A stretch of DNA of 64,000 nucleotides from an uncultured Gammaproteobacteria bacterium (GTDB lineage Bacteria; Pseudomonadota; Gammaproteobacteria; Pseudomonadales; JAHEGP01), in contig CAWEHR010000012.1 of the NCBI GenBank assembly GCA_963808975.1, forward strand, positions 23,139 through 87,138, read 5' to 3'. A model generated the notes under the pieces. The model was not told where the DNA came from. It did not search any database and saw only the letters and a list, made by a program, of their open reading frames with translations. Numbering within the stretch: the first letter of the stretch is position 1; each line of letters opens with the position of its first letter. Positions 40,817-50,260 of this stretch are shown here, one piece after another. The position numbers were made by a program, and so were the translations under genes.

Positions 40817-41859
40817 CATATCCTGTTCCCGCCCGCCGCGTGGGGGAGTCTCATAACCCGGTGCTTGGCAAGATCTGCCTGCTGCTGTTGCTGGTGCTAC
40901 TGCCGCTGCTTTACACCGGCGCGGTGCAGGCGCATGCGCTGGCACCCTCCCTGCTCCAACTCGAAGCCGCCGGCGACGGCACCTACTCGGTGAAATGGAA
41001 AACCCCCTTGAAACGCGTCGAGGGCAGCCGGCTCAGCCCGGTACTGCCCGCGCATTGCCGCCAACTCGAGGGCGGTTCCAGTAAGCCGGAGGGAACCGCC
41101 CTGGTTTCCCGCTGGCAGGTAGACTGCGGCGATCGAGGGCTGGTGGGGAGTTCCGTTCAGATCAGCGGTATTGCCAGCAGCAGGGCCGACGCACTGCTGC
41201 GCATCAAGCTCGATGACGGCAGAACCTTGAACCAGGTACTGCGGCCCGACCAAGACACCTACCTGGTGCCCGCAAGGCAGCCCTGGTACCGGGTGTTCGG
41301 CAGTTACATGGTGATGGGCTTCGAACACCTGGTGGGCGGGCCGGACCATGTGCTGTTCGTCATCGCCCTGTTTATGCTGGTGGGATTGCAGCGTTCCCTG
41401 GTCTGGACAGTGACCATGTTCACCCTCGGTCACAGCGTCACCCTGAGTCTCGCCGTGTTGAATATCATCACCTTTTCCCAGGGGATGGCAGAGATCTTTA
41501 TCGCGCTGAGTATCATCGTCGCCTTTACTGAAGTGCTGCGCCACCCCGACCATGACCTCAGCCACTGGAAGGTCTATTTGATGGCGGCGGGCTTCGGGCT
41601 GCTGCACGGGCTCGGCTTTGCCGGCGCGCTGCGCGAGGTGGGGCTGCCAGCGGATGATATTCCCCTGGCGCTGCTGGGCTTCAATATCGGCATCGAGGTG
41701 GGGCAACTGGCCCTGATCGGCGTGCTGTGCCTGTTGAGCCTGGCACTGTTGCGCCTCGGCGCCAGTTGGCGTGGCCTGTGGCAGCAACTGCCGGTGTACG
41801 CTGCCGGCTCCGTTGCCGGATTCTGGTTCTGGCAACGGGTGATGCTGTATATAGTTTAG
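40813..41859 (+). CDS. HupE/UreJ-family membrane protein
   Basis: EHLVGGPDHVLF, FTLGHSVTL, FGLLHGLGFA, FNIGIEVGQ. Confidence 0.88.
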   Translation: MTYPVPARRVGESHNPVLGKICLLLLLVLLPLLYTGAVQAHALAPSLLQLEAAGDGTYSVKWKTPLKRVEGSRLSPVLPAHCRQLEGGSSKPEGTALVSRWQVDCGDRGLVGSSVQISGIASSRADALLRIKLDDGRTLNQVLRPDQDTYLVPARQPWYRVFGSYMVMGFEHLVGGPDHVLFVIALFMLVGLQRSLVWTVTMFTLGHSVTLSLAVLNIITFSQGMAEIFIALSIIVAFTEVLRHPDHDLSHWKVYLMAAGFGLLHGLGFAGALREVGLPADDIPLALLGFNIGIEVGQLALIGVLCLLSLALLRLGASWRGLWQQLPVYAAGSVAGFWFWQRVMLYIV

Positions 41860-41915
41860 ATCTGCCAGGCGCCGTAGCACCCGCTGCGGCGCGCTGCTAA
41901 CGTGATCGGCAAGTT

Positions 41916-42521
41916 ATGACTGGATCGGGCGATGGCGCACTGGACGCTACCCTGGACGAGGTTCGCGGCTGTACATTGTGTCGGCAGCACCTGCCCCTGG
42001 GGCCGCGGCCGGTGCTCGTTGCACAGGCGAGTGCACGGCTGCTCATCGTCGGCCAGGCCCCCGGAACCCGGGTGCACGCCAGCGGTATTCCCTGGGACGA
42101 CCCCAGCGGCGATCGACTGCGCAGCTGGCTAGGCCTCACCTCCGCCGAGTTCTATGACGCGCGAAAAATCGCCATCGTGCCCATCGGCCTGTGTTATCCC
42201 GGGCGCGGCAAATCCGGCGATCTGCCGCCGCGGCCGGAGTGCGCACCCCGCTGGCACCCCCGTATTCTTGCGCAGTTGCCGAATATTGAAACCACCCTGT
42301 TGATCGGCCAGTACGCCCAGCGTTTTTACCTGGGTGCGCAGCCTCCACGCTACAAAAACCTGACCGAGCGGGTGAAGGCCTGGCGGGAGTATGCACCGCG
42401 GTGGGTGCCTTTGGTCCACCCTTCACCGCGCAATCAATACTGGTTACAGAGCAATCCCTGGTTTGAAGGGCAACTCGTTCCCGAGTTGCGTCGGCAGGTG
42501 CGGCGGTTGCTGGATCGATAA
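41916..42521 (+). CDS. Uracil-DNA glycosylase superfamily protein
   Basis: CTLC, GQAPG, CYPG, HPSPRN. Confidence 0.9.
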   Translation: MTGSGDGALDATLDEVRGCTLCRQHLPLGPRPVLVAQASARLLIVGQAPGTRVHASGIPWDDPSGDRLRSWLGLTSAEFYDARKIAIVPIGLCYPGRGKSGDLPPRPECAPRWHPRILAQLPNIETTLLIGQYAQRFYLGAQPPRYKNLTERVKAWREYAPRWVPLVHPSPRNQYWLQSNPWFEGQLVPELRRQVRRLLDR

Positions 42522-42531
42522 TGTCAGGCTG

Positions 42532-43029
42532 TCAGGGATAGTCGATGGCAACGATCACCCGGTAGTGATCACCTGTCGGCGTGGTGACCATCACTTCATC
42601 ATCGATGCGCTTGCCCAGCAAGGCCCGGGCCAGTGGTGAATCCATGCTCAGCTTGCCCTGGCGCAGGTCGAATTCGTCTGGCCCCACGATGCGGTATTCG
42701 CTTGACTTGCCGTCCTCATCCTCCAGTCGGACGCGGGCGCCGAAAAAAATCTTGCCGGTGTCGGTGGGGCGATCCCTGACCACGGTGAGTTGCTCCAGGC
42801 GCCTGGAGAGAAAGCGAACCCGGCTGTCGATCTCTCGAAGTCTGCGCTTGCCGTAGATATAATCGCCGTTTTCAGAGCGGTCACCGTTTTTCGCCGCTTC
42901 ATGCACGTTCGCGGTTACCTGGGGGCGCTCGACTTTCCACAGCTGGTGCAGCTCTGCCCGCAGCGCCTGTTCGCCCTGCGGCGTGATGTATGCGGAGCCC
43001 GCCGGGCGGGGTTTGCGGTATCGGCCCAT
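42532..43029 (-). CDS. greB: Transcription elongation factor GreB
   Basis: GDRSENGDYIYGKRRLREIDSR, SPLARAL. Confidence 0.95.
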   Translation of the reverse strand: MGRYRKPRPAGSAYITPQGEQALRAELHQLWKVERPQVTANVHEAAKNGDRSENGDYIYGKRRLREIDSRVRFLSRRLEQLTVVRDRPTDTGKIFFGARVRLEDEDGKSSEYRIVGPDEFDLRQGKLSMDSPLARALLGKRIDDEVMVTTPTGDHYRVIVAIDYP

Positions 43030-43164
43030 AATAGTGTCTTTTTAGCGGTGGCTTTGCTTTATACTGACGGGTTTGCAACGTCTATTCTAGCCTGAAACCG
43101 GCCGGGGTGAATCCAGTAACTGCAAGCCAAGAGCTTTCAAACACAACAGAACCAAGGGAAACCA

Positions 43165-44049
43165 GTGAAACGTTCAGCAACAATGATTGTTCAGTTCCGG
43201 GGCGCAAGCGCAAGGGGCGCGGCGGCCTGGCTGCTCGGTATCACCATGGCTGTGACGGTCAGCGCAAATGAAGTGGCTAGCCTCATCCAGCTGGACGGGA
43301 ATTTTGTTCAGGGCGGATTGTTGTTCGGCAGGGCGCCGGTGGGCAGCAAGGTGGTCTGGGGTGGCCGTGAGGTGCGACTCACGCCAAAGGGTGACTACGT
43401 GATCGGCCTCGGCCGCGACAATCGCAGCCCGGTGCTGCTGCGGGTCGAAACCGCCGATGGCAGGTCTGCGCAGCAGGTGTTCGAGATTGAGCAGCGGGAG
43501 TATCAAAAGCAGGAAATAACCGGCATTGCGAAAAAAATCATGAGCCCCAGCGAGGACGACCTGAAGCGCATCCAGAAAGACAATGCGTTGATCGGCAAGG
43601 CGCGCCGGGTCGACTCTGATCGTACCGATTTCCTGGCGCCTTTCGAGTGGCCGCTGATGGGCCCTATTACGGGTGTTTTTGGTTCCCAGCGTGTCTATAA
43701 TGGCCGCCCGAGTCGTCCCCACTTCGGTGTCGATATCGCAGCTCCCACCGGTACCCCGGCGCGCGCGCCGATCGGGGGCGTGGTTACCCTGGCCCATGAC
43801 GATATGTTTTATTCCGGGGGCACGCTGATGATCGACCACGGCCATGGCCTCAACTCCAGTTTTCTTCACCTCAGCCGCATCCTGGTCGAGGTGGGTGACA
43901 GGGTGGAGCAGGGGCAGGTGGTTGCTGAAGTTGGCGCCACCGGGCGAGTGACCGGTGCGCACCTGGACTGGCGCATGAACTGGTACGACCAACGCATAGA
44001 CCCCCAATTGCTGGTTGGCGCCATGCCGGCAGCGGCGAGCGGCCAGTAA
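43165..44049 (+). CDS. M23-family peptidase
   Basis: HFGVD, HLS, HLDW. Confidence 0.9.
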   Translation: MKRSATMIVQFRGASARGAAAWLLGITMAVTVSANEVASLIQLDGNFVQGGLLFGRAPVGSKVVWGGREVRLTPKGDYVIGLGRDNRSPVLLRVETADGRSAQQVFEIEQREYQKQEITGIAKKIMSPSEDDLKRIQKDNALIGKARRVDSDRTDFLAPFEWPLMGPITGVFGSQRVYNGRPSRPHFGVDIAAPTGTPARAPIGGVVTLAHDDMFYSGGTLMIDHGHGLNSSFLHLSRILVEVGDRVEQGQVVAEVGATGRVTGAHLDWRMNWYDQRIDPQLLVGAMPAAASGQ

Positions 44050-44081
44050 AGCCTGGGCCGGACAACACAAGGTAGAGATCG

Positions 44082-44270
44082 ATGATTGACGAGAAGCTGT
44101 TGAGTATCCTGGTATGCCCGGTGAGCAAGGCGCCGTTGGAATACAACAAGGAAAAGCAGGAGCTGGTGTGCAAGGCCAGCGGCCTGGCATACCCGATACG
44201 GGACGGGATTCCGGTGATGCTCGAATCCGAGGCGCGGGTCCTGACCAGCGACGAAAAACTGGCCAAGTAG
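44082..44270 (+). CDS. Trm112/YcaR family protein
   Basis: [11 protein letters not shown]...[11 protein letters not shown]. Confidence 0.93.
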   Translation: MIDEKLLSILVCPVSKAPLEYNKEKQELVCKASGLAYPIRDGIPVMLESEARVLTSDEKLAK

Positions 44271-44416
44271 GGTCTTTTGGCTCACCATTACCGAGCCGAC
44301 GTTAACAACAGGATTTCCCGGTTCGCTGCAGCGTTGTCATGCCAGACGCGCTGCAGCTTGCGTTTCAATGCCCGGTCGACGGCGGGGCGACAGCAGACAG
44401 CTTATTGGGTTAAACG

Positions 44417-47017
44417 ATGAAAAGTGCCGAATTACGCGAAGCATTCCTGAAGTATTTTGAGCAGCAGGGGCATCAACGGGTGGCCAGCAGTTCGCTGATT
44501 CCCGGCAACGACCCGACCCTGCTGTTTACCAATGCCGGGATGGTTCAGTTCAAGGATGTATTCCTGGGTGACGACAAGCGCCCCTACACCCGGGCTGTCA
44601 GCTCCCAGCGCTGTGTCCGTGCTGGCGGCAAGCACAACGATCTCGAGAACGTTGGTTACACCGCCCGCCATCACACTTTTTTTGAGATGCTGGGCAATTT
44701 CAGCTTTGGCGATTACTTCAAACATGACGCCATTCGTTACGCTTGGGAGTTCCTCACCGAGGTCCTCGGCCTGCCCGAAGAAAAACTCTGGGTGACCGTG
44801 CATGTGTCGGACGACGAGGCGGCTGACATCTGGCTCAAGGAGGTCGGGGTCAGCGCCGAGCGCTTCTCGCGCCTCGACGAGGACAACTTCTGGCAGATGG
44901 GCGACACCGGCCCCTGTGGACCCAGTTCGGAGATATTCTACGATCATGGCGAGTCGGTATTCGGCGGTCCCCCCGGTAGCGAAAACGACGATGGCGACCG
45001 CTACATCGAAATCTGGAACCTGGTATTCATGCAGTACCAGCGCGGGGCCGATGGCACCCTGAGGCCGCTGCCAAACCCGTCGATAGACACGGGTATGGGT
45101 CTCGAACGTATCGCCGCGGTGATGCAGGGCGTGCACAGCAACTACCAGATCGACCTGTTCCAGAAACTGCTCGCAGCGGTGATCGATGTGACCGGCGCCA
45201 CCGATACCCACAGCCAGTCGTTGCGGGTGATAGCTGACCATATCCGCTCCTGCGCTTTCCTGATTGTCGACGGCGTGATACCCGGCAACGAGGGTCGCGA
45301 CTACGTGTTGCGGCGCATCCTGCGGCGGGCCATTCGCCACGGCCATCGCCTGGGGGTCGACCAGCCATTCTTTTACCGCCTGGTGGCTCCGCTGGTGGCT
45401 GAAATGGGCGCTGCCTATCCTGAACTTCGCGAGCAGCAGCAGAGGGTAGAGCGGGTGATATTGGGCGAAGAACAGCAATTTGCCGCCACCCTGGAGCACG
45501 GTATGGCGATCCTGAACGAGGCCATCGCCGGCCTCAAGGGGCAGCAAATACCGGGTGACATTGTGTTCAAGCTGTATGACACCTACGGCTTCCCGGTCGA
45601 CCTGACCAACGACATCGCGCGGGAACACCACCTCAGCCTGGACCTGGCCGGTTACGAAGCAGCCATGGCGGCCCAGCGCGAGCGCTCCAGGGAGAGGGGG
45701 CAGTTCCGGGTTGATTACAGTCACAAGCTCAAGCTCGACACCCGGACCACATTTACCGGCTATCGCGAGCGGGCAGGCGAGGCGACGGTTGTCGCGCTGC
45801 TGCGGGGCGACCAGAGTGCTGATTCCCTGGCCGAAGGCGAGGAGGGCGCGGTGGTGCTGAACTGCACGCCCTTTTATGCCGAGTCGGGTGGCCAGGCCGG
45901 CGACAGCGGCTATCTCGAGGGCGACGCAGTGCGGTTTGAGGTTGTGGACACCACCAAGGCGGGGAATGCCCATGTCCACCATGGCAAGCTGCTGAGCGGC
46001 GCGCTCACGGTGGGGGACACGGTCACCGCCAGCATCGATGGCAATGTGCGTAACGCTACGGCACTCAATCACTCCGCCACCCATTTACTGCATGCGGCCC
46101 TGCGCCAGGTGCTGGGCACCCATGTGAGCCAGAAGGGCTCGCTGGTCGACAGCCAGCGCCTGCGCTTCGATTTCTCCCACAATGAGGCCCTGACGGCGCA
46201 GGAGCTGCGCCAAATCGAGAGCCTGGTCAACCAGCAGATTCGCGACAATACACCGGTACAGGTGGAAATCACCGATATGGAGACGGCGAAGAAAAACGGC
46301 GCCATGGCGCTGTTTGGCGAAAAGTATGGCGACGAGGTGCGCGTGCTGACCATGGGCAATGGCTTTTCGGTCGAGCTCTGCGGTGGCACCCACGTCGAGC
46401 GAAGCGGTGACATCGGCCTCATGCGAATTGTCTCGGAGACCGGTATTTCATCGGGTGTACGGCGCATCGAAGCGGTGACCGGTGCCGCGGCGCTGGCGCG
46501 CTTCGATGACCTGGAGCGAGAGTTGACGAGCCTTGGCGCCCTGCTCAAGACCGGCCGCGACAGCATAACAGCGAAGGTAGAGCAACTGCTGGCGAACCAG
46601 CGCAAGCAGGAAAAAGAGCTGCAAAAGCTGCAGGCCCGGCTGGCCGGCAGCACCGGCTCCGATCTGGCGGCTTCGGCCGAGGATATCGGTGGCGTCAAGG
46701 TGCTGGCGGCGCGGCTGGACACTGCTGACGGCAAAACCCTGCGCACCACCATGGATCAACTCAAGAACAAGCTGGGGGCTGCCGCCATCGTGCTGGCCGG
46801 TGTCGACGGCGACAAGGTGGCCCTGGTTGCAGGCGTGACCAAGGCAGAATCGCAGCGGGTGAAAGCCGGCGACATGCTGTCGATGGTTGCGGGTCAAATC
46901 GGTGGCAAGGGTGGAGGTCGAGCCGACATGGCGCAGGGCGGCGGTGGTGACCCTGCCGGTGTCCCAGCAGCATTGCAATCCGTTAGCGCCTGGGTGGCCC
47001 GGCAGTTGGAAGCCTGA
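44417..47017 (+). CDS. alaS: Alanine-tRNA ligase
   Basis: [42 protein letters not shown]. Confidence 0.99.
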   Translation: MKSAELREAFLKYFEQQGHQRVASSSLIPGNDPTLLFTNAGMVQFKDVFLGDDKRPYTRAVSSQRCVRAGGKHNDLENVGYTARHHTFFEMLGNFSFGDYFKHDAIRYAWEFLTEVLGLPEEKLWVTVHVSDDEAADIWLKEVGVSAERFSRLDEDNFWQMGDTGPCGPSSEIFYDHGESVFGGPPGSENDDGDRYIEIWNLVFMQYQRGADGTLRPLPNPSIDTGMGLERIAAVMQGVHSNYQIDLFQKLLAAVIDVTGATDTHSQSLRVIADHIRSCAFLIVDGVIPGNEGRDYVLRRILRRAIRHGHRLGVDQPFFYRLVAPLVAEMGAAYPELREQQQRVERVILGEEQQFAATLEHGMAILNEAIAGLKGQQIPGDIVFKLYDTYGFPVDLTNDIAREHHLSLDLAGYEAAMAAQRERSRERGQFRVDYSHKLKLDTRTTFTGYRERAGEATVVALLRGDQSADSLAEGEEGAVVLNCTPFYAESGGQAGDSGYLEGDAVRFEVVDTTKAGNAHVHHGKLLSGALTVGDTVTASIDGNVRNATALNHSATHLLHAALRQVLGTHVSQKGSLVDSQRLRFDFSHNEALTAQELRQIESLVNQQIRDNTPVQVEITDMETAKKNGAMALFGEKYGDEVRVLTMGNGFSVELCGGTHVERSGDIGLMRIVSETGISSGVRRIEAVTGAAALARFDDLERELTSLGALLKTGRDSITAKVEQLLANQRKQEKELQKLQARLAGSTGSDLAASAEDIGGVKVLAARLDTADGKTLRTTMDQLKNKLGAAAIVLAGVDGDKVALVAGVTKAESQRVKAGDMLSMVAGQIGGKGGGRADMAQGGGGDPAGVPAALQSVSAWVARQLEA

Positions 47018-47164
47018 ACGTAAAGCGCAGATTCATAATTCCTTGCCCGCAGTAGTTCAATTGCATTGCAATTGGTGGTAAAGTGCCGCGCCTTCGGGCA
47101 GGCATATCTATTACCACACGTATCATGCGTTGGTTTAAGCCTCTACTCTGAACAGTAATTCGGC

Positions 47165-48394
47165 ATGGCATTGATCGTCCAAAAATTCGGTGGCACCTCG
47201 GTGGCGAACGTCGAGCGCATTGAAGCGGTCGCGGAACGCGTACTCGCCTGTCGGGAGCGGGGTGAGCAACTGGTGGTGGTGGTGTCGGCGATGAGCGGCG
47301 AAACCAACCGCCTGATTGAGCTGGCCCATAGTATCCAGCCCGCGCCGGACCCCCGGGAATTCGATGTGCTGGTTTCTACCGGCGAGCAGGTCACTATCGC
47401 GCTGTTGTGCATGGCCCTGATCAAACGCGGTTGCCCCGCGCGCTCCTATACCGGGGCGCAGGTTAGGATATTGACCGACAACGCTTACAACAAGGCTCGC
47501 ATCAAGGAAATCGACGGTGGCGCCCTGCGCAGCGACCTCGACGCGGGCCACGTTGTGGTGGTGGCCGGTTTCCAGGGGATGGACGCCAAAGGCAATATCA
47601 CCACCCTGGGGCGGGGGGGCTCCGACACCACCGCCGTGGCGCTGGCGGCGGCGCTGGAGGCCGATGAATGCCAGATCTTTACTGACGTCGATGGCGTTTA
47701 CACCACCGACCCGCGGGTAGTGAATGGCGCCAGGCGTCTGGACCGCATTACCTTCGAAGAAATGCTGGAGATGGCGAGCCTGGGCTCCAAGGTATTGCAA
47801 ATCCGGGCCGTGGAGTTTGCCGGCAAGTACAATGTGCCGCTGCGGGTGTTGTCCAGCTTCGAGGACGGCCCCGGCACCCTGATAACCCGGGAGGAACCGG
47901 ACCAGATGGAAGCACCCACTATTGCGGGCATCGCTTTTAATCGTGATGAAGCCAAACTCACCGTTGTCGGTGTGCCCGATACCCCCGGCGTGGCCTATAA
48001 AATCCTCGGACCTATTGGGGAGGCCAATGTCGAAGTCGACGTCATCGTACAAAACGTTGGTGCCGACGGCACTACCGACTTCACTTTCACCGTGCACCGT
48101 AACGAAATGGCCAAGGCCGAGGCAATTCTGAATCGTACCGCCGTTGAACTCGGCGCCAGGCAGGTGATCAGCGACGACAAGATATGCAAGGTATCGTTGG
48201 TGGGGGTCGGCATGCGGTCCCATGCGGGTGTCGCCGCCAAAATGTTCAAGGCGCTGGCCGAGAGCAACATCAATATCCAAATGATCACCACCTCCGAAAT
48301 CAAGATTTCAGTGGTGATTGCCGAGAAATTCATCGAACTCGCGGTGCGTACGCTGCATTCTGCTTTTGATCTCGAGGAGCCGGCAGCAAAATAG
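47165..48394 (+). CDS. lysC: Aspartate kinase
   Basis: QKFGGTSV, LGRGGSD, two ACT domains. Confidence 0.96.
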   Translation: MALIVQKFGGTSVANVERIEAVAERVLACRERGEQLVVVVSAMSGETNRLIELAHSIQPAPDPREFDVLVSTGEQVTIALLCMALIKRGCPARSYTGAQVRILTDNAYNKARIKEIDGGALRSDLDAGHVVVVAGFQGMDAKGNITTLGRGGSDTTAVALAAALEADECQIFTDVDGVYTTDPRVVNGARRLDRITFEEMLEMASLGSKVLQIRAVEFAGKYNVPLRVLSSFEDGPGTLITREEPDQMEAPTIAGIAFNRDEAKLTVVGVPDTPGVAYKILGPIGEANVEVDVIVQNVGADGTTDFTFTVHRNEMAKAEAILNRTAVELGARQVISDDKICKVSLVGVGMRSHAGVAAKMFKALAESNINIQMITTSEIKISVVIAEKFIELAVRTLHSAFDLEEPAAK

Positions 48395-48593
48395 ACGGCA
48401 ATAGATGATTCAGATTCACCTATAATTGCCGCTTTGCTTTTTCGAGGAGAGCCTGGATGTCCCTCGAATCATATCGGCCCGCAGGAGCGGCCGGTTAAAA
48501 CAGAACTTCCACAGCAGATGGAAGTCATCATGATAAGTTCTTCCCCTGAGGAACAGTGGGGCAGGAGGGATAGCCAGTAACAGGAGAATTTGG

Positions 48594-48785
48594 ATGCTAA
48601 TTCTGACGCGTCGCATTGGTGAGACGTTGATGGTGGGTGATGATGTGTCGATCACCGTTTTGGGGGTCAAGGGCAACCAGGTGCGCCTGGGGGTTAACGC
48701 ACCCCGCGATGTCGCGGTTCATCGGGAGGAGATTTACCAGCGCATACAGGACGAAAAGACCGTTGGTCCGGATGAAGAAAGTTAG
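48594..48785 (+). CDS. csrA: Carbon storage regulator CsrA
   Basis: [12 protein letters not shown]...[10 protein letters not shown]; canonical alaS-lysC-csrA-tRNA-Ser context. Confidence 0.98.
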   Translation: MLILTRRIGETLMVGDDVSITVLGVKGNQVRLGVNAPRDVAVHREEIYQRIQDEKTVGPDEES

Positions 48786-48828
48786 CCAGTTCAAAATTGG
48801 CAACTGCGCTTCAGTTAGCGTCCTGTTG

Positions 48829-48846
48829 TGGTATCATCTCGCCCGC
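48829..48846 (+). promoter_or_regulatory. Putative stable-RNA promoter (extended -10 plus GC-rich discriminator)
   Basis: TGgTATCAT followed by CTCGCCCGC just upstream of the array; -35 is weak. Confidence 0.55.
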
Positions 48847-48853
48847 TAAAAAC

Positions 48854-49679
48854 GGCGGCCCCGAAGGGGTGAGGAGCGTGCGACGAATCAGGCGCTCCCC
48901 GGTTGATCAGGAAGGCTCGATGCCTGAGTGATCAACGAACGATGAATACAAAGTAAAGTTGTAAAGAGTTTGGTGAGGTGGCCGAGTGGCTGAGCCGGAG
49001 CTTGCGCAGCAAGCGTAGACAACGCCCGCAGGGCGGCCCCGAAGGGGTGAGGAGCGTGCGACGAATCAGGCGCTCCCCGGTTGATCAGGAAGGCTGGATG
49101 CCTGAGTGATCAACGAGCAGTAAGACAAAGTAAAGTTGTAAAGAGTTTGGTGAGGTGGCCGAGTGGCTGAGCCGGAGCTTGCGCAGCAAGCGTAGACAAC
49201 GCCCGCAGGGCGGCCCCGAAGGGGTGAGGAGCGTGCGACGAATCAGGCGCTCCCCGGTTGATCAGGAAGGCTGGATGCCTGAGTGATCAACGAGCAGTAA
49301 GACAAAGTAAAGTTGTAAAGAGTTTGGTGAGGTGGCCGAGTGGCTGAGCCGGAGCTTGCGCAGCAAGCGTAGACAACGCCCGTAGGGCGGCCCCGAAGGG
49401 GTGAGGAGCGTGCGACGAATCAGGCGCTCCCCGGTTGATCAGGAAGGCTGGATGCCTGAGTGATCAACGAGCAGTAAGACAAAGTAAAGTTGTAAAGAGT
49501 TTGGTGAGGTGGCCGAGTGGCTGAGCCGGAGCTTGCGCAGCAAGCGTAGACAACGCCCGTAGGGCGGCCCCGAAGGGGTGAGGAGCGTGCGACGAATCAG
49601 GCGCTCCCCGGTTGATCAGGAAGGCTGGATGCCTGAGTGATCAACGAGCAGTAAGACAAAGTAAAGTTGTAAAGAGTTT
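48854..49679 (+). repeat. 177-bp tandem array of interrupted tRNA-Ser 5' fragments (partial unit plus 4 full units)
   Basis: GGTGAGGTGGCCGAGTGGCTGA recurs at 48972, 49149, 49326, 49503 and 49680 (the true tRNA), period exactly 177. Confidence 0.97.
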
Positions 49680-49770
49680 GGTGAGGTGGCCGAGTGGCTG
49701 AAGGCGCTCCCCTGCTAAGGGAGTATAGGCTAATCCCCTATCGAGGGTTCGAATCCCTCCCTCACCGCCA
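49680..49770 (+). tRNA. tRNA-Ser (anticodon GCT)
   Basis: Acceptor GGTGAGG/CCTCACC plus GCCA; anticodon arm CTCCC-CTGCTAA-GGGAG; long variable arm; GGTTCGAATCC. Confidence 0.98.
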
Positions 49771-49810
49771 TCATCAAAAAGCCCGGCCCTGTGTCGGGTT
49801 TTTTGATGAT
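49770..49810. terminator. Bidirectional intrinsic terminator after tRNA-Ser
   Basis: ATCATCAAAAAGCCCGGC...GTCGGGTTTTTTGATGAT. Confidence 0.85.
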
Positions 49811-50011
49811 CGGTTACGGGATAGGGTGAGAAGCCTCGCGGTTCGACAAAATGCGGGAGCATTTTGCAACGGGCCCGCAGCGCTTCCCGGCCCTGCTCAC
49901 CCAGGACGGACCGGTCGATTGAGATGTCCGAGCGACAAGGCGATCGGTACGCGGCTATGAGCAGCCTTCCGTTGTATACTCTCATTGCTATTTAACAATA
50001 AGGGGGTCGTT

Positions 50012-50260
50012 ATGGATTTTTTCATCGGTCAAATATGCACGTTCCCATGGAGCTGGGCTCCAAGGGGTTGGGCGAAGTGTGACGGACAGCTGCTGCAAAT
50101 CGCCGAGAACCAAGCACTATTCGCGCTCATCGGAATCGAATTCGGAGGCGACGGCCGCACGACCTTCGCCCTTCCCAAGATGCCACCTGTGAAGACGGAT
50201 AATGGCGGCGATCTGGACTACTTCGTCAACCTAGAAGGTATTTTTCCCTCGCGCTCCTGA
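50012..50260 (+). CDS. Stand-alone phage tail collar domain protein
   Basis: FIGQI..F...APRGWAKCDGQLL.I..NQALFALIG..FGGDGRTTFALP...GIFPSR. Confidence 0.88.
   Translation: MDFFIGQICTFPWSWAPRGWAKCDGQLLQIAENQALFALIGIEFGGDGRTTFALPKMPPVKTDNGGDLDYFVNLEGIFPSRS

Noticed and set aside
39851-41859. Hydrogenase/urease nickel system inferred from HupE/UreJ
   Set aside because: No hydrogenase or urease genes nearby; the PpiC plus HupE/UreJ pair is a recurring generic module.
48854-49679. CRISPR array
   Set aside because: Units are essentially identical over all 177 bp, so there are no unique spacers; no cas genes in the window.
48972-49679. Four additional functional tRNA-Ser genes or intron-containing tRNAs
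   Set aside because: Units lack the anticodon, variable arm, T-arm and 3' acceptor strand, so removing the insert would not give a tRNA; the insert is far too short for a group I intron.
49641-49985. ORFs 49641-49985(-) and 49694-49960(+)
   Set aside because: They overlap the tRNA and its terminator; spurious frames.
50012-50260. Prophage at tRNA-Ser
   Set aside because: No integrase, capsid, terminase or att duplication of the tRNA 3' end within the window.
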